The notes below the pieces were generated by a model. The model saw only the letters and a list, made by a program, of their open reading frames with translations. It searched no databases and had not been told where the DNA came from. Position numbers and translations under genes: made by a program. A stretch of 64,000 nucleotides of DNA from an uncultured Candidatus Saccharibacteria bacterium (GTDB lineage: Bacteria > Patescibacteriota > Minisyncoccia > Portnoybacterales > UBA2143), in the NCBI GenBank assembly GCA_964413015.1, contig CAYPQZ010000006.1, positions 7,070-71,069 on the forward strand, given 5' to 3'. Positions 20,552 through 29,603 of this stretch are shown piece after piece. Position 1 is the first letter of the stretch; the number at the start of each line of letters is the position of its first letter.

Positions 20552-21407
20552 ATTAGTGATTGCTTCCGGAAAAGGCGGGGTCGGCAAGTCCATGCTAACT
20601 TCGGCTTTGGCGATGCTTTACAGCCAAAAAAAGAAGATAATTGCAGTGGACGCTGATGTAGACGCGCCTAATCTGGCGGTTTGGCTGAACCAATTGGATG
20701 AAAAAAATGTCCAGTTTTCCAAGAAAATCTCTACTTCTTTGAAGGCAATCATTGACGAGAACAAATGCAATGGCTGCGGCCAGTGTGTTGATAAGTGTGT
20801 TTTTAGCGCTTTGAAAATTAAGAATCACAAGGCCAAAGTAAATCCTTTTTTATGCGAAGGATGCGGCGTTTGCCAAATTGTTTGTCCGCAGAAAGCGGTT
20901 GAATTAAGGCCGGTGGATAACGGCCAAATTAAGATGGTGAACACCGATTACGGCTTTCCTTTGTTTTCCGGCCAGCTTTTGCCGGGCGAAACCGGCTCGG
21001 GCAAAGTGGTGGCTGAAATTAAAAAGGCGGCCCGGGAAAAAGGCGATTGCGATTTAATGCTGATTGATTCCTCGCCGGGCACAGGTTGTCCGGTCATCGC
21101 TTCCTTTCAGGATGCTGATTTGGCGGTTTTAATCACTGAACCGACGCCTTCCGGATTAAGCGATTTGAAAAGAGTTCTGAAAGTGGTTGAGCATTTCCAG
21201 ATTCCTTTTAAGGTGGTGGTTAATAAATGGGATATTAATCCTTCAATAACCGGAGAAATAGAGGAAGAGTTTAAAAATGAGTTTTTAGGAAAAATTTCCT
21301 ATGACCAGGGTATTTTCAAGGCAATTGCCAATTTAACGCCTATTTTAAAAACCAAATTAAAGGCCAAACAGGAAATTAAAGCAATTTTCAAGAAATTATA
21401 CAGTTGA
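20532..21407 (+). CDS. MinD-superfamily P-loop ATPase with 4Fe-4S insert (paralogue)
   Basis: SGKGGVGKS, DADVDAPN, two ferredoxin motifs, DSSPGTGCPV. Confidence 0.9.
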   Translation: MKNKNFRLVIASGKGGVGKSMLTSALAMLYSQKKKIIAVDADVDAPNLAVWLNQLDEKNVQFSKKISTSLKAIIDENKCNGCGQCVDKCVFSALKIKNHKAKVNPFLCEGCGVCQIVCPQKAVELRPVDNGQIKMVNTDYGFPLFSGQLLPGETGSGKVVAEIKKAAREKGDCDLMLIDSSPGTGCPVIASFQDADLAVLITEPTPSGLSDLKRVLKVVEHFQIPFKVVVNKWDINPSITGEIEEEFKNEFLGKISYDQGIFKAIANLTPILKTKLKAKQEIKAIFKKLYS

Positions 21408-21427
21408 GACGTCCAACGTCTCAACTG
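21401..21427. repeat. Solo RAYT-type REP palindrome
   Basis: CAGTTGAGACGT-CCA-ACGTCTCAACTG; contains the TGA stop of the upstream gene. Confidence 0.9.
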
Positions 21428-21441
21428 CGTCTTAATTGCGT

Positions 21442-21726
21442 ATGACTAGGCCAGTTAAAAAAAGAAACATTGATTTTAACCCCAAAGTGACCTATTTCAA
21501 GCCGCGGGCAGTACCTTTGTCAATTTTAGAAGAGGTGGATTTGGGCGTGGATGAACTGGAATCTTTACGGCTTTGCGAACTAGAGAAAATGGAGCAGTCC
21601 AAGGCGGCCAAGCAAATGAAAATTTCTCAAAGCACTTTGCAGAGAATTTTAAGCTCGGCCCATGAAAAAGTCACCGAAGCCCTGATTCACGGCAAAGCGA
21701 TTAAAATCACCGAACCGGTAAAGTAA
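21442..21726 (+). CDS. DUF134 family HTH DNA-binding protein
   Basis: YFKPRAVPL, DELESLRL, QSKAAKQMKISQSTLQRIL. Confidence 0.9.
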   Translation: MTRPVKKRNIDFNPKVTYFKPRAVPLSILEEVDLGVDELESLRLCELEKMEQSKAAKQMKISQSTLQRILSSAHEKVTEALIHGKAIKITEPVK

Positions 21727-21768
21727 GGTTGTATAAAATAAGGCCGTGCCTTAAAATGCACAACCTTA
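21724..21768. repeat. Intergenic hairpin TAAGGTTGT...TAAGGC-CGT-GCCTTA...ACAACCTTA
   Basis: Imperfect inverted repeat between DUF134 and mnmA. Confidence 0.6.
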
Positions 21769-21773
21769 AAAGT

Positions 21774-22814
21774 ATGGCTGAAAAGAAGAAAAAAGTTATA
21801 GTTGGTCTTTCGGGCGGCCTTGATTCGGCCGTTGCTTTGTTGTTGCTTAAAAAACAGGGATATCAGCCAATTGGTTTAACCCTCAAATTTAACTCACAGC
21901 AAAGCCGGGAATCTGTTAATCAAGCCAGAAAAAATTGCCAAAAGCTAAAAGTTCCTTTTAAAACCCTGGACTGTCGCCAAGAATTCAAAAAACAGGTGAT
22001 TGACTATTTTTCAAAACTCTTAAAACAGGGTAAAACTCCCAATCCCTGCATTGTTTGCAATCCTTTAGTTAAATTCAAGGCGCTTTTCAATTTTGCCAGC
22101 CAGCAGAATTGCCAATATGTCGCTACCGGCCATTATGCCAGAATTAAGAATGGCCAGCTTTTGAGAGCTAAAGACGAAAACAAAGACCAAAGCTATTTCC
22201 TGTGTTTGATGCGCCAAAATCAGTTAAAAAGAATAATTTTCCCTTTGGGCAATTTAACTAAACAAGAAGTTTATCAAATAGCCAAAAAAGAAAAACTGGG
22301 TTCAGTTATCCAGCAAAAAGAAAGCCAGGATTTATGCTTTAAACTGCCGAAATTAGCGGCCAATCCCGGGACAATAGTCGATTCCCAGAAAAATATCTTA
22401 GGTCGGCACCAAGGCCTTCATGAATATACTGTTGGCCAGCGAAAAGGGATTAAATTGTCCAACGGACCCTGGAAGGTGACCGGTTTTGATTATAAAAAGA
22501 ATCAGTTGATTGTGACTAATAAGAAAAATGACCCGCTTCTTTCTAAAAAGGAAATTGCTTTAACCCGAACCCATTTTATTTCTGGCCGGCCTAAGCAAAA
22601 GTCAATCAAGGTTAAAGCTAAAACCAGATTTAATCAGCCGCTGGCTTCGGCTAAATTGTCTTTGAGCTCGGCCGGGCCAGCCAGCCGGCTAATTTTTGAC
22701 CGACCGCAAAAATCAGTCGCTCCGGGCCAGTGGGCAGTTTTTTATTTACCACGCCGAAGCGGAGCAAAGACGGACGATGGCGAAATTTGTCTGGGCGGGG
22801 GAATGATAAAATGA
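21774..22814 (+). CDS. mnmA: tRNA 2-thiouridylase MnmA
   Basis: SGGLDS, TPNPCIVCN, ATGHYA, KDQSYFL, ESQDLCF, YTVGQRKG, APGQ. Confidence 0.95.
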   Translation: MAEKKKKVIVGLSGGLDSAVALLLLKKQGYQPIGLTLKFNSQQSRESVNQARKNCQKLKVPFKTLDCRQEFKKQVIDYFSKLLKQGKTPNPCIVCNPLVKFKALFNFASQQNCQYVATGHYARIKNGQLLRAKDENKDQSYFLCLMRQNQLKRIIFPLGNLTKQEVYQIAKKEKLGSVIQQKESQDLCFKLPKLAANPGTIVDSQKNILGRHQGLHEYTVGQRKGIKLSNGPWKVTGFDYKKNQLIVTNKKNDPLLSKKEIALTRTHFISGRPKQKSIKVKAKTRFNQPLASAKLSLSSAGPASRLIFDRPQKSVAPGQWAVFYLPRRSGAKTDDGEICLGGGMIK

Positions 22815-23161
22815 GGTTTAGGGAATAAAATTTCTGAATTTGCCAGAGTTTATGGCTCCGGCTTTTTTAATGAGACAAAAGCCAAGGATTGTTTATTCAA
22901 GCCAAAATTGATATTGACAAAAAAAAGCGCTATTTGTCTGATAAAAAAAGGGCTTGACAAGCTTTGACGGATTGATAAGATATTGAGGTATTTTTAAATT
23001 TAGGAGGAACGGAGGAAAGAAAGATGGAATTATGAGCAATTTCATCCATGCCTTGAGAGAACCGGAGGGGATAAAAAAGACAGCTTCAGACGAATCTTAT
23101 TTTTCGCCGACTATTTAGTTGCCTTTTTTTTGTTTTCTTTGAAGGTTCGGCAGACGAAATT

Positions 23162-23234
23162 CCAAAAGGAATTAAACCTGAGCGCCAGACTGATTTTCCT
23201 CCACGGTCTTGTGCTCAGATTTAATCTCTTTTGG
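23162..23234. other. Long imperfect hairpin (31-bp arms)
   Basis: CCAAAAGGAATTAAACCTGAGCGCCAGACTG pairs with CGGTCTTGTGCTCAGATTTAATCTCTTTTGG. Confidence 0.75.
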
Positions 23235-23253
23235 CAGAAACTCTTAAAAACAC

Positions 23254-23280
23254 TTGACTAAATTGGCAGAAACTATATAC
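23254..23280 (+). promoter_or_regulatory. Probable promoter of the TasA/SipW-like operon
   Basis: TTGACT...TATACT-like boxes (spacing not ideal), followed by a ~340-nt structured leader. Confidence 0.5.
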
Positions 23281-23624
23281 TAAAATTAGTTAAAAGCATT
23301 TATGCCTAGAGGAGTAACTGGGTAATTATTTCATCTAGTGGAGGAACTAGAAGAAGAATGATTTTCAGCTTAAGCATAATAAATGTGAAGGCAAAGCCTT
23401 TGTTCAACAGTTTAAAAGGAAGGGTTTGCTGGTATAAACATTATACTCATCTATTTTTCGCGTCATCATTTAATGGCGCTTTTATTTTTTTGAAATTTGA
23501 AATTTGATTAGTTTAAGTAAATAAAGGTCGATAGCGGTTTTCCTTAGTTCTGTAAAGACAGAGCTTGGAGGGTTAAAGCAAGCCGCTAAATAAAATTAAT
23601 AAATAATTAAACAAATTAAGAAAT

Positions 23625-24728
23625 ATGAAAAAAATTATTTTAAGTTTAAGCGTTATCGTGGCAGTCGCCGCCATTGTCATCGGCGGAACCATTGCCTATT
23701 TCAGCGATACTGAAGTAAGTGAAGGCAATACCTTTACTGCGGGTAATCTGGATGTGACTATTGCAGAAGGAGAAAGTGAAGATTTTTCAGTTTCTTTTAC
23801 TAATATGGCTCCTGGTGAGTGGACCGAAAAGCAAAAGTTAAATTTGATTAACTCCGGAAGCTTGGCTCAAGTTATTGATAGGATTCAAGTCAGCGGTTTA
23901 GAGGAAAATGATAGAACTTACACTCTTGAAGATTCACAAAATATGGAACAACGTTGGATAGGAAGCGATCCTACGCTTTTTGAATTGAGCGATCCTCTGG
24001 AAGTAAAAGTGAATTATGACGGTAGTGATAGAGCAGTTTTTCACGCTTGGGCTCCTGATGATTATGGTTGGCCAGGGGACGATATGATGACTTTTGCTTT
24101 TGATGTAGATAATAATGGCGAAGCTGATTTTCAGATTCAATGGAACACAAATGGAGAACAGAAGTGGAATTACGATGAACCCATTGTTGGCACCTGGAAT
24201 TGGGAAAAAGATTGGGTCGAGGTACCGGGTGACTTTGTAACGGGTAAAGATGGAAAACATTTCTGGGTAAAAATTCCCGTAAGTTATCTTGGTGGTTATG
24301 ATTCTGAATACAAGTTCGGAGTTGATTCTAATGGTCATGGTAGTGGGAAAGGACAAACTTTCTATTCTACCGACCCTTGGAATTTATGGAGCACTCAATC
24401 ACAACCCGGTAATTATACTACTAGTGAAAATTATGTTCCAATGAGCACAAAATCAGCAAAAGATATGAATGCCAATCAAGTTGCTAAAAATATAAATGTA
24501 AAGGTTTATCATAACGGATTGATTCGTCAGGGCACTCTTTGGAACTTTTACAAGAGTGGTGATAATAAGAACATGATTCTAAATGGTAATGAAATTACAT
24601 TGAATCCCGGAGAAGAAGGATGGTATAACTTTGAATTCCAGCTTGATCCTTCAGTAGGTAATGATTATCAAGGTGACGGAATAGAGGCTACGTTTGAAGT
24701 GGAAGCTGTTCAAGAAGGTCAAGAGTAG
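23625..24728 (+). CDS. TasA/CalY-like protein with SipW-type signal peptide
   Basis: GGTIAYFSDTEVSEGNTFTAGNLD; C-terminal VGNDYQGDGIEATFEVEAVQ. Confidence 0.85.
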   Translation: MKKIILSLSVIVAVAAIVIGGTIAYFSDTEVSEGNTFTAGNLDVTIAEGESEDFSVSFTNMAPGEWTEKQKLNLINSGSLAQVIDRIQVSGLEENDRTYTLEDSQNMEQRWIGSDPTLFELSDPLEVKVNYDGSDRAVFHAWAPDDYGWPGDDMMTFAFDVDNNGEADFQIQWNTNGEQKWNYDEPIVGTWNWEKDWVEVPGDFVTGKDGKHFWVKIPVSYLGGYDSEYKFGVDSNGHGSGKGQTFYSTDPWNLWSTQSQPGNYTTSENYVPMSTKSAKDMNANQVAKNINVKVYHNGLIRQGTLWNFYKSGDNKNMILNGNEITLNPGEEGWYNFEFQLDPSVGNDYQGDGIEATFEVEAVQEGQE

Positions 24729-24731
24729 TAA

Positions 24732-24780
24732 TTGATCTTTTTAAAGCCGTCTCATAAGGGGCGGCTTATAAAGGGATTAA
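24732..24780 (+). terminator. Stem-loop after the TasA-like gene (terminator or mRNA stabiliser)
   Basis: AAGCCGTCTC-ATAA-GGGGCGGCTT with extended arms. Confidence 0.55.
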
Positions 24781-24786
24781 TTATTT

Positions 24787-25362
24787 ATGAGTAAACTGAA
24801 AAAGTCCTTGAAAACAATTTATTATGTTATTTTAACCTTTTTAATTATAATTGCTGTGCTATTGATGGGGTCGGTTTTGCCGATTCCGGGCAATTATTCA
24901 GTTAAACTGGTTGAATCCGGTTCTATGGAGCCGGCTATCAAAACGGGTAGTGTGGTGATGACGAAACCTTTTGATGATTATAAAATAGGGGATATTATAT
25001 GTTTTGGAGAAGACAGCAGAATAAAAACACCGACTACACACAGAATTTATGATATGGAAGTTATCGAGGGAAAACCCTATTATGTTACCAAAGGAGACGC
25101 CAATAACGCGCCAGACCAAAAAAAAGTTGAAGCCGGAGAGATTATTGGCAAGGTTTTAATAGATATCCCTTATTTAGGATACGTAGTTTCTGAAGCAAGA
25201 AAGCCATTAGGGTTTATGCTGATTATTATTATCCCAGCCACGGTAATTGTTTACGATGAGCTTAGGAAAATCTGGCAGGAAATTAAAAAATTAAAGGATA
25301 AGAAAAAAGACCAGCAACAAGATAAAAGGATAAAAGAATTAGAGGATAAAATAGAAAAATAA
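24787..25362 (+). CDS. sipW: Signal peptidase I, SipW (ER-type)
   Basis: SGSMEP, THRI, TKGDANNAPD, IPYLGY (Ser/His type). Confidence 0.9.
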   Translation: MSKLKKSLKTIYYVILTFLIIIAVLLMGSVLPIPGNYSVKLVESGSMEPAIKTGSVVMTKPFDDYKIGDIICFGEDSRIKTPTTHRIYDMEVIEGKPYYVTKGDANNAPDQKKVEAGEIIGKVLIDIPYLGYVVSEARKPLGFMLIIIIPATVIVYDELRKIWQEIKKLKDKKKDQQQDKRIKELEDKIEK

Positions 25363-27902
25363 TGAAGAAAATGCCTCTAAAATTTATTGTTTTATTTTTA
25401 CTCATCGGCCTTAACTGGGCCGGACTTTCGGCTATTGGCGAAACAATGGCTTATTTTAGTGATATTGAAAATACTTCAAATAATGTTTTTAAAACAGGAA
25501 TTTTAGATATGACTATCAGGTCAGGCCAGAATAATTTTGTCCCTGATGCGGAAAATATGATGCCCGGAGACCAGGTTAACAGGGATATTTATGTAGGAAA
25601 AACTGCAGGCAGTATGCCTTTGAAACACAGGGTTAGTTATGAATTTATTGACGGCAATCCAGAATTATGCAGCCAATTGGATTTAAAAATTTGGTATGAC
25701 CATTTTACTTGTAAAGGTTCTTATAAAGATTGTAGAGATATGCGCCTGAAATATAATGATTCTTTAGTTTCTTTAAATAATTTAGTGGATTCTAATTTTA
25801 TAATTCCCCATCCAGATGACCAATTTGATACTGATGACAGCGATGGAACAGAGCAATGGTTTTATTACAGCATTATTGTGCCAAATGATTTAAATGATTC
25901 TTTTCAAGGCGAGGTTTGTAAGTTCAAATTTGTTTATGAAGCCTGGCAGGATAATTTTGATAATTATGGAGATGGGGGCTTTACAGATGTTGAAGAAATA
26001 GAAAGCACTATAAAAATAGGTTATAGTAATCCGCCGGTGGTTTTGAATGAATTCTTGCCTAATGCCGGAACTTACCCGGAATTTGTTGAGATTTATAATA
26101 AAACCGGTTCACCAATTGACCTTCAAGGATACCAAATTAGAGCCAATGGCCACCCGATTCCTATAAATCCTGCTACTACTAGTCGTTTTTCAGAAGGCAA
26201 TACAAACATTTCTCCTTATAGCTGGCTGGTTGTCGCTAGTCCTAAACCAAATAATCCTGGTTGGAACAGTTCTATATGGGATAATTTCTTAAATGATAGT
26301 TCAGGCACTATAGAGCTTTACAATAAACATGAAGTTATAATGGATTCTTATACTTATGGAAATCCTGACCACAATGTTAATAACACTCCGGGCTGGACTA
26401 ATGATTTAGTAGGATATTGGCCTTTTGATAAAAATAGTGGTGATACTGCTTATGATAAGAGCGGAAATAATAATGACGGTACTATTCATGGAGCTACTTG
26501 GGCTACCGGCGTGGTTAACTCCGGTTTGACTTTTGGTGGTTTCAGTGACTATGTCGATTGTGGCAATGATAGTACTCTTGACTTTACGAATACAGATAAT
26601 TTCACTTTAAGTCTTTGGGCTAAGAAGGAATCCAATCCCTCAGAGGGTAATGTAATGGGATTGGCTGGTAAAAATATTAAATATGCTATTGATTACTACT
26701 TTAAACAAGATAAAATAAGAGCCGGCATTAGAAACGAAGATGATGGACAATATATGATTACTACCCAACCTTCAAATGAACTTTTAGATTGGAATCATAT
26801 TGTTTTTGTTTATGAGAGTGAACAGTCGGATGGTATGAAGCTTTATGTGAACGGTGGCCTGAAATCCTCTCGAACTACCGAAGGATTGAGCGGCTTCAGT
26901 AACCCAAGCCGACACTTTGAAATAAGTGGTCCTGCTACCGGAGGAAACATTGAAAGATTTAATGGTACTATAGATGAAGTTAAACTTTATAATCGAGCAT
27001 TAAGTGATGATGAGGTATTAGAGAACTATAACAAGGTGGTATCTGCAAGCGGGAATACTGTGCCAGTAGATAAATCTTACGCTCGTATACCTGATGGTAG
27101 CAGTAATTGGGTGGATCCGGTGCCTACTCCTGGCGGGCCTAATTCTATGGACAATGATGCACAATCAATGCCAAACACAGAGCAAAATTTTGAAACAAAC
27201 AGCGATTTGCCGGAAAATGATAATAATTCTCAAACAGATAGTCAGAACAGCGAAGGCGGGAACGAAGAAACAGAAGAGCAGATAATCAATGAAGAAGAAG
27301 ATAAAAACGGAGAGGATCAAGGGTGCGAAGAAGATAATGAAGAAATCGGGATAAAGGAGAATGACGAAGATAATAAGGATGGGGATGACAGCCAGGGCGA
27401 GGGGAGCGAGGAAGAAAACGGGGATGATAATGATGAAAATCAGGGGAATAAAGCAGCTGACGAAGAAGAAGATGATGAATCTAATGAAGAAACAGAAGAA
27501 GGCTTCTCTAATGACGAAGAGGATAATAATAGAGAAGAAGCAAATAATGCTTCTGAAGAAGATGCTGATTTTGAAGAAAACAATTCTTCAAACGAAGAGG
27601 AAGAAAAAGATTCTGATAATCAATCTAAAGAGAAAAACGAATCAGATAATTCCAGCGAAGAATCTAATAACAATCAGGAGCAAGAAGAAAATTCAGATAG
27701 CAACAATACAGACCAAGAAACTGGCACAGACCAAGAAACTGGCGAAGAAACAGGCAATTCTTCAGAGAACAGCAGTTCAGATAATAGCAGCCAAGAAATA
27801 AAAGAGAATAGCGGTGAGGAAAGTAATTCCGGCAATCAAAATCAAGAAGAACCAGATGATAATTCGGGAAGCGAAGATTCAAATCAAGATAACGATGAAT
27901 AA
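25362..27902 (+). CDS. SipW-type secreted protein with lamin-tail (LTD) and LamG domains and a long acidic tail
   Basis: TMAYFSDIE; VVLNEFLPN...EFVEIYN; LVGYWPFD...FNGTIDEVKLYNRALS; SYARIPDG; D/E/N/S-rich C-terminus. Confidence 0.85.
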   Translation: MKKMPLKFIVLFLLIGLNWAGLSAIGETMAYFSDIENTSNNVFKTGILDMTIRSGQNNFVPDAENMMPGDQVNRDIYVGKTAGSMPLKHRVSYEFIDGNPELCSQLDLKIWYDHFTCKGSYKDCRDMRLKYNDSLVSLNNLVDSNFIIPHPDDQFDTDDSDGTEQWFYYSIIVPNDLNDSFQGEVCKFKFVYEAWQDNFDNYGDGGFTDVEEIESTIKIGYSNPPVVLNEFLPNAGTYPEFVEIYNKTGSPIDLQGYQIRANGHPIPINPATTSRFSEGNTNISPYSWLVVASPKPNNPGWNSSIWDNFLNDSSGTIELYNKHEVIMDSYTYGNPDHNVNNTPGWTNDLVGYWPFDKNSGDTAYDKSGNNNDGTIHGATWATGVVNSGLTFGGFSDYVDCGNDSTLDFTNTDNFTLSLWAKKESNPSEGNVMGLAGKNIKYAIDYYFKQDKIRAGIRNEDDGQYMITTQPSNELLDWNHIVFVYESEQSDGMKLYVNGGLKSSRTTEGLSGFSNPSRHFEISGPATGGNIERFNGTIDEVKLYNRALSDDEVLENYNKVVSASGNTVPVDKSYARIPDGSSNWVDPVPTPGGPNSMDNDAQSMPNTEQNFETNSDLPENDNNSQTDSQNSEGGNEETEEQIINEEEDKNGEDQGCEEDNEEIGIKENDEDNKDGDDSQGEGSEEENGDDNDENQGNKAADEEEDDESNEETEEGFSNDEEDNNREEANNASEEDADFEENNSSNEEEEKDSDNQSKEKNESDNSSEESNNNQEQEENSDSNNTDQETGTDQETGEETGNSSENSSSDNSSQEIKENSGEESNSGNQNQEEPDDNSGSEDSNQDNDE

Positions 27903-29373
27903 ATTAACCCGAACAATTTTAATTTCCGCGATTCCGTTTATCTTTATCGGTCTATTATTCATTGAGCCGGTTTTTGCACAATCTACTGACCTTTTAGAGG
28001 TTTATGTTTGGGATGGCAGCAGTTATCAGCTGTTAAACAGTAATTCTCTTTTTAATGAAGATAATTTTTTGCCCGGCCAGAGTGTTTCCAAAAAAATTAA
28101 AATAAAAAACTTGAGTTCAGTTAGTGAAAATATCGGGGTGGAAGCGATTAATTTTTCCGGAGCCGATTTTAATGAGTCAAATCCGGCTGACGTTGAGATA
28201 AACAGCTTAGCCCGTTATTTAATTTTAGATATTGACAATCCGATTAATATTTTTAGCGGAACTTTATTTTCCTTTTACGAACTGGGCAAATTGACGCTCA
28301 TTTCTAATTTGGCCAGCCAGTCAGAAGAGGAGTTTATTTTTAAGATAACTTATCCCAGCCCGGAAGAAAATCAAGAGGTAGCCACGACTATCTTTGACCT
28401 TTTATTCGGCACTTTAGCGCAGGAAGGAGGAGATGGAAATGGTGATGAAAATGGAACAAGCGGAAACGGCAGTTCAGAGAACGGCTCCAGTAGCGCGGGC
28501 GGCGGTTCTTATCGGGGGTTAACAATTAGCGGAGAAAAATCAGAAGTAGCTCCGGCCTGCACTACGGCAGTAATTAACTGGCAGACTAACTATTTTTCCA
28601 CTAGCCAGGTCATTTATGACGATGACTCCGGCCAATTCAATTTTAGCGCTGGACCGGAAAATTACGGTTATCAATTTTATAAAATAGGAGATACTTCCGA
28701 GCAAGAAAAAGTAACTTATCACGGAGTAGAATTAACCGGCCTTAATCCAGGAACTACTTACTATTATCGCTGTGTATCTCACGCTTCGCCGGCAACTATC
28801 AGCCAGGAAGGCAGTTTTACTACCTGCGCTTTAGCTGAAGGAGATCAAGAAGAAACAGGCGAAGACGAGGAAGGCGAAGAAGGCGCTGGAGAAGGCGAAG
28901 AAGCCGGTGAAGAAGGCGGAACCGGCGAAAGAACCGGCGCTGGAGAAGGTGAAGAAACCGGTGAAGGTGAAGAAGGTGAAGAAGAAGAAGGCGCTGGAGA
29001 AGGTGAAGAAGGCGAAGGCGAAGATGAAGAAGGCGCCGAAGAAGAAGGAATTACTGAAGAAACAGGCCGGGGCGGACTGGCTAATTTGCTGGCCGCTATC
29101 AGCAGTTTTGATGATTTGAAGCATTTATGCTGGATTATGACCCTGGCGGCAATTCTGCTGTCCCTGTTGTATCTATTTTCCACCCGAAAAAAAATCGATC
29201 AGGAGAGGAAAAAATATGGTTGGGATTTGATTCTTTTACTGCTTATCCTGATAATTTTCCTTTTTGTCCTGAAATGCTATTTATTAATCATCCCGCTTCT
29301 TATCCTGTTGATTCCCTGGAGTAAATATTTATTATTTAGAAAAAAAACTGGTTCGGAGGAAATGCCTAAGTAA
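27895..29373 (+). CDS. Secreted, membrane-anchored protein with FN3-like domain, Glu/Gly linker and C-terminal TM helices
   Basis: Signal peptide MNKLTR...PVFA; NFLPGQ; HGVELTGLNPGTTYYYRC; start moved to ATG 27895. Confidence 0.8.
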   Translation: MNKLTRTILISAIPFIFIGLLFIEPVFAQSTDLLEVYVWDGSSYQLLNSNSLFNEDNFLPGQSVSKKIKIKNLSSVSENIGVEAINFSGADFNESNPADVEINSLARYLILDIDNPINIFSGTLFSFYELGKLTLISNLASQSEEEFIFKITYPSPEENQEVATTIFDLLFGTLAQEGGDGNGDENGTSGNGSSENGSSSAGGGSYRGLTISGEKSEVAPACTTAVINWQTNYFSTSQVIYDDDSGQFNFSAGPENYGYQFYKIGDTSEQEKVTYHGVELTGLNPGTTYYYRCVSHASPATISQEGSFTTCALAEGDQEETGEDEEGEEGAGEGEEAGEEGGTGERTGAGEGEETGEGEEGEEEEGAGEGEEGEGEDEEGAEEEGITEETGRGGLANLLAAISSFDDLKHLCWIMTLAAILLSLLYLFSTRKKIDQERKKYGWDLILLLLILIIFLFVLKCYLLIIPLLILLIPWSKYLLFRKKTGSEEMPK

Positions 29374-29397
29374 GGAAGAGAGGAAAAATTTTTCGAA

Positions 29398-29429
29398 TTT
29401 TAAAGCCGGGCTTGCCCCGGTTTTAAAAT
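29398..29429 (+). terminator. Rho-independent terminator-like hairpin
   Basis: TTTTAAAGCCGGG...CCCGGTTTTAAAA. Confidence 0.6.
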
Positions 29430-29471
29430 ATTCTTTTATGTTTTTTAGAAATAGGATATAATGAAAGCATG

Positions 29472-29602
29472 CCCCGTAGAGAAACTTTGACCCATTCGCC
29501 AAAGGCGAATAAATAACTACACGGGGACATATGCTATAAAATAAATTAGAAATACTAAGAACTTTAATGTTTAAAAGTAAATGTCAAAGTTCTTCTACGG
29601 GG
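29472..29602 (+). mobile_element. MITE-like element D, copy 1, located at a start codon
   Basis: Ends CCCCGTAGAGAAACTTTGAC / GTCAAAGTTCTTCTACGGGG; ATG on both flanks; second copy at 51537-51671. Confidence 0.85.
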
Positions 29603-29603
29603 T

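Noticed and set aside
27361-29183. Alternative-frame Lys-rich and Ser/Pro-rich ORFs, and the 18-bp tandem at 27708-27743
   Set aside because: Shadows of low-complexity acidic coding tracts
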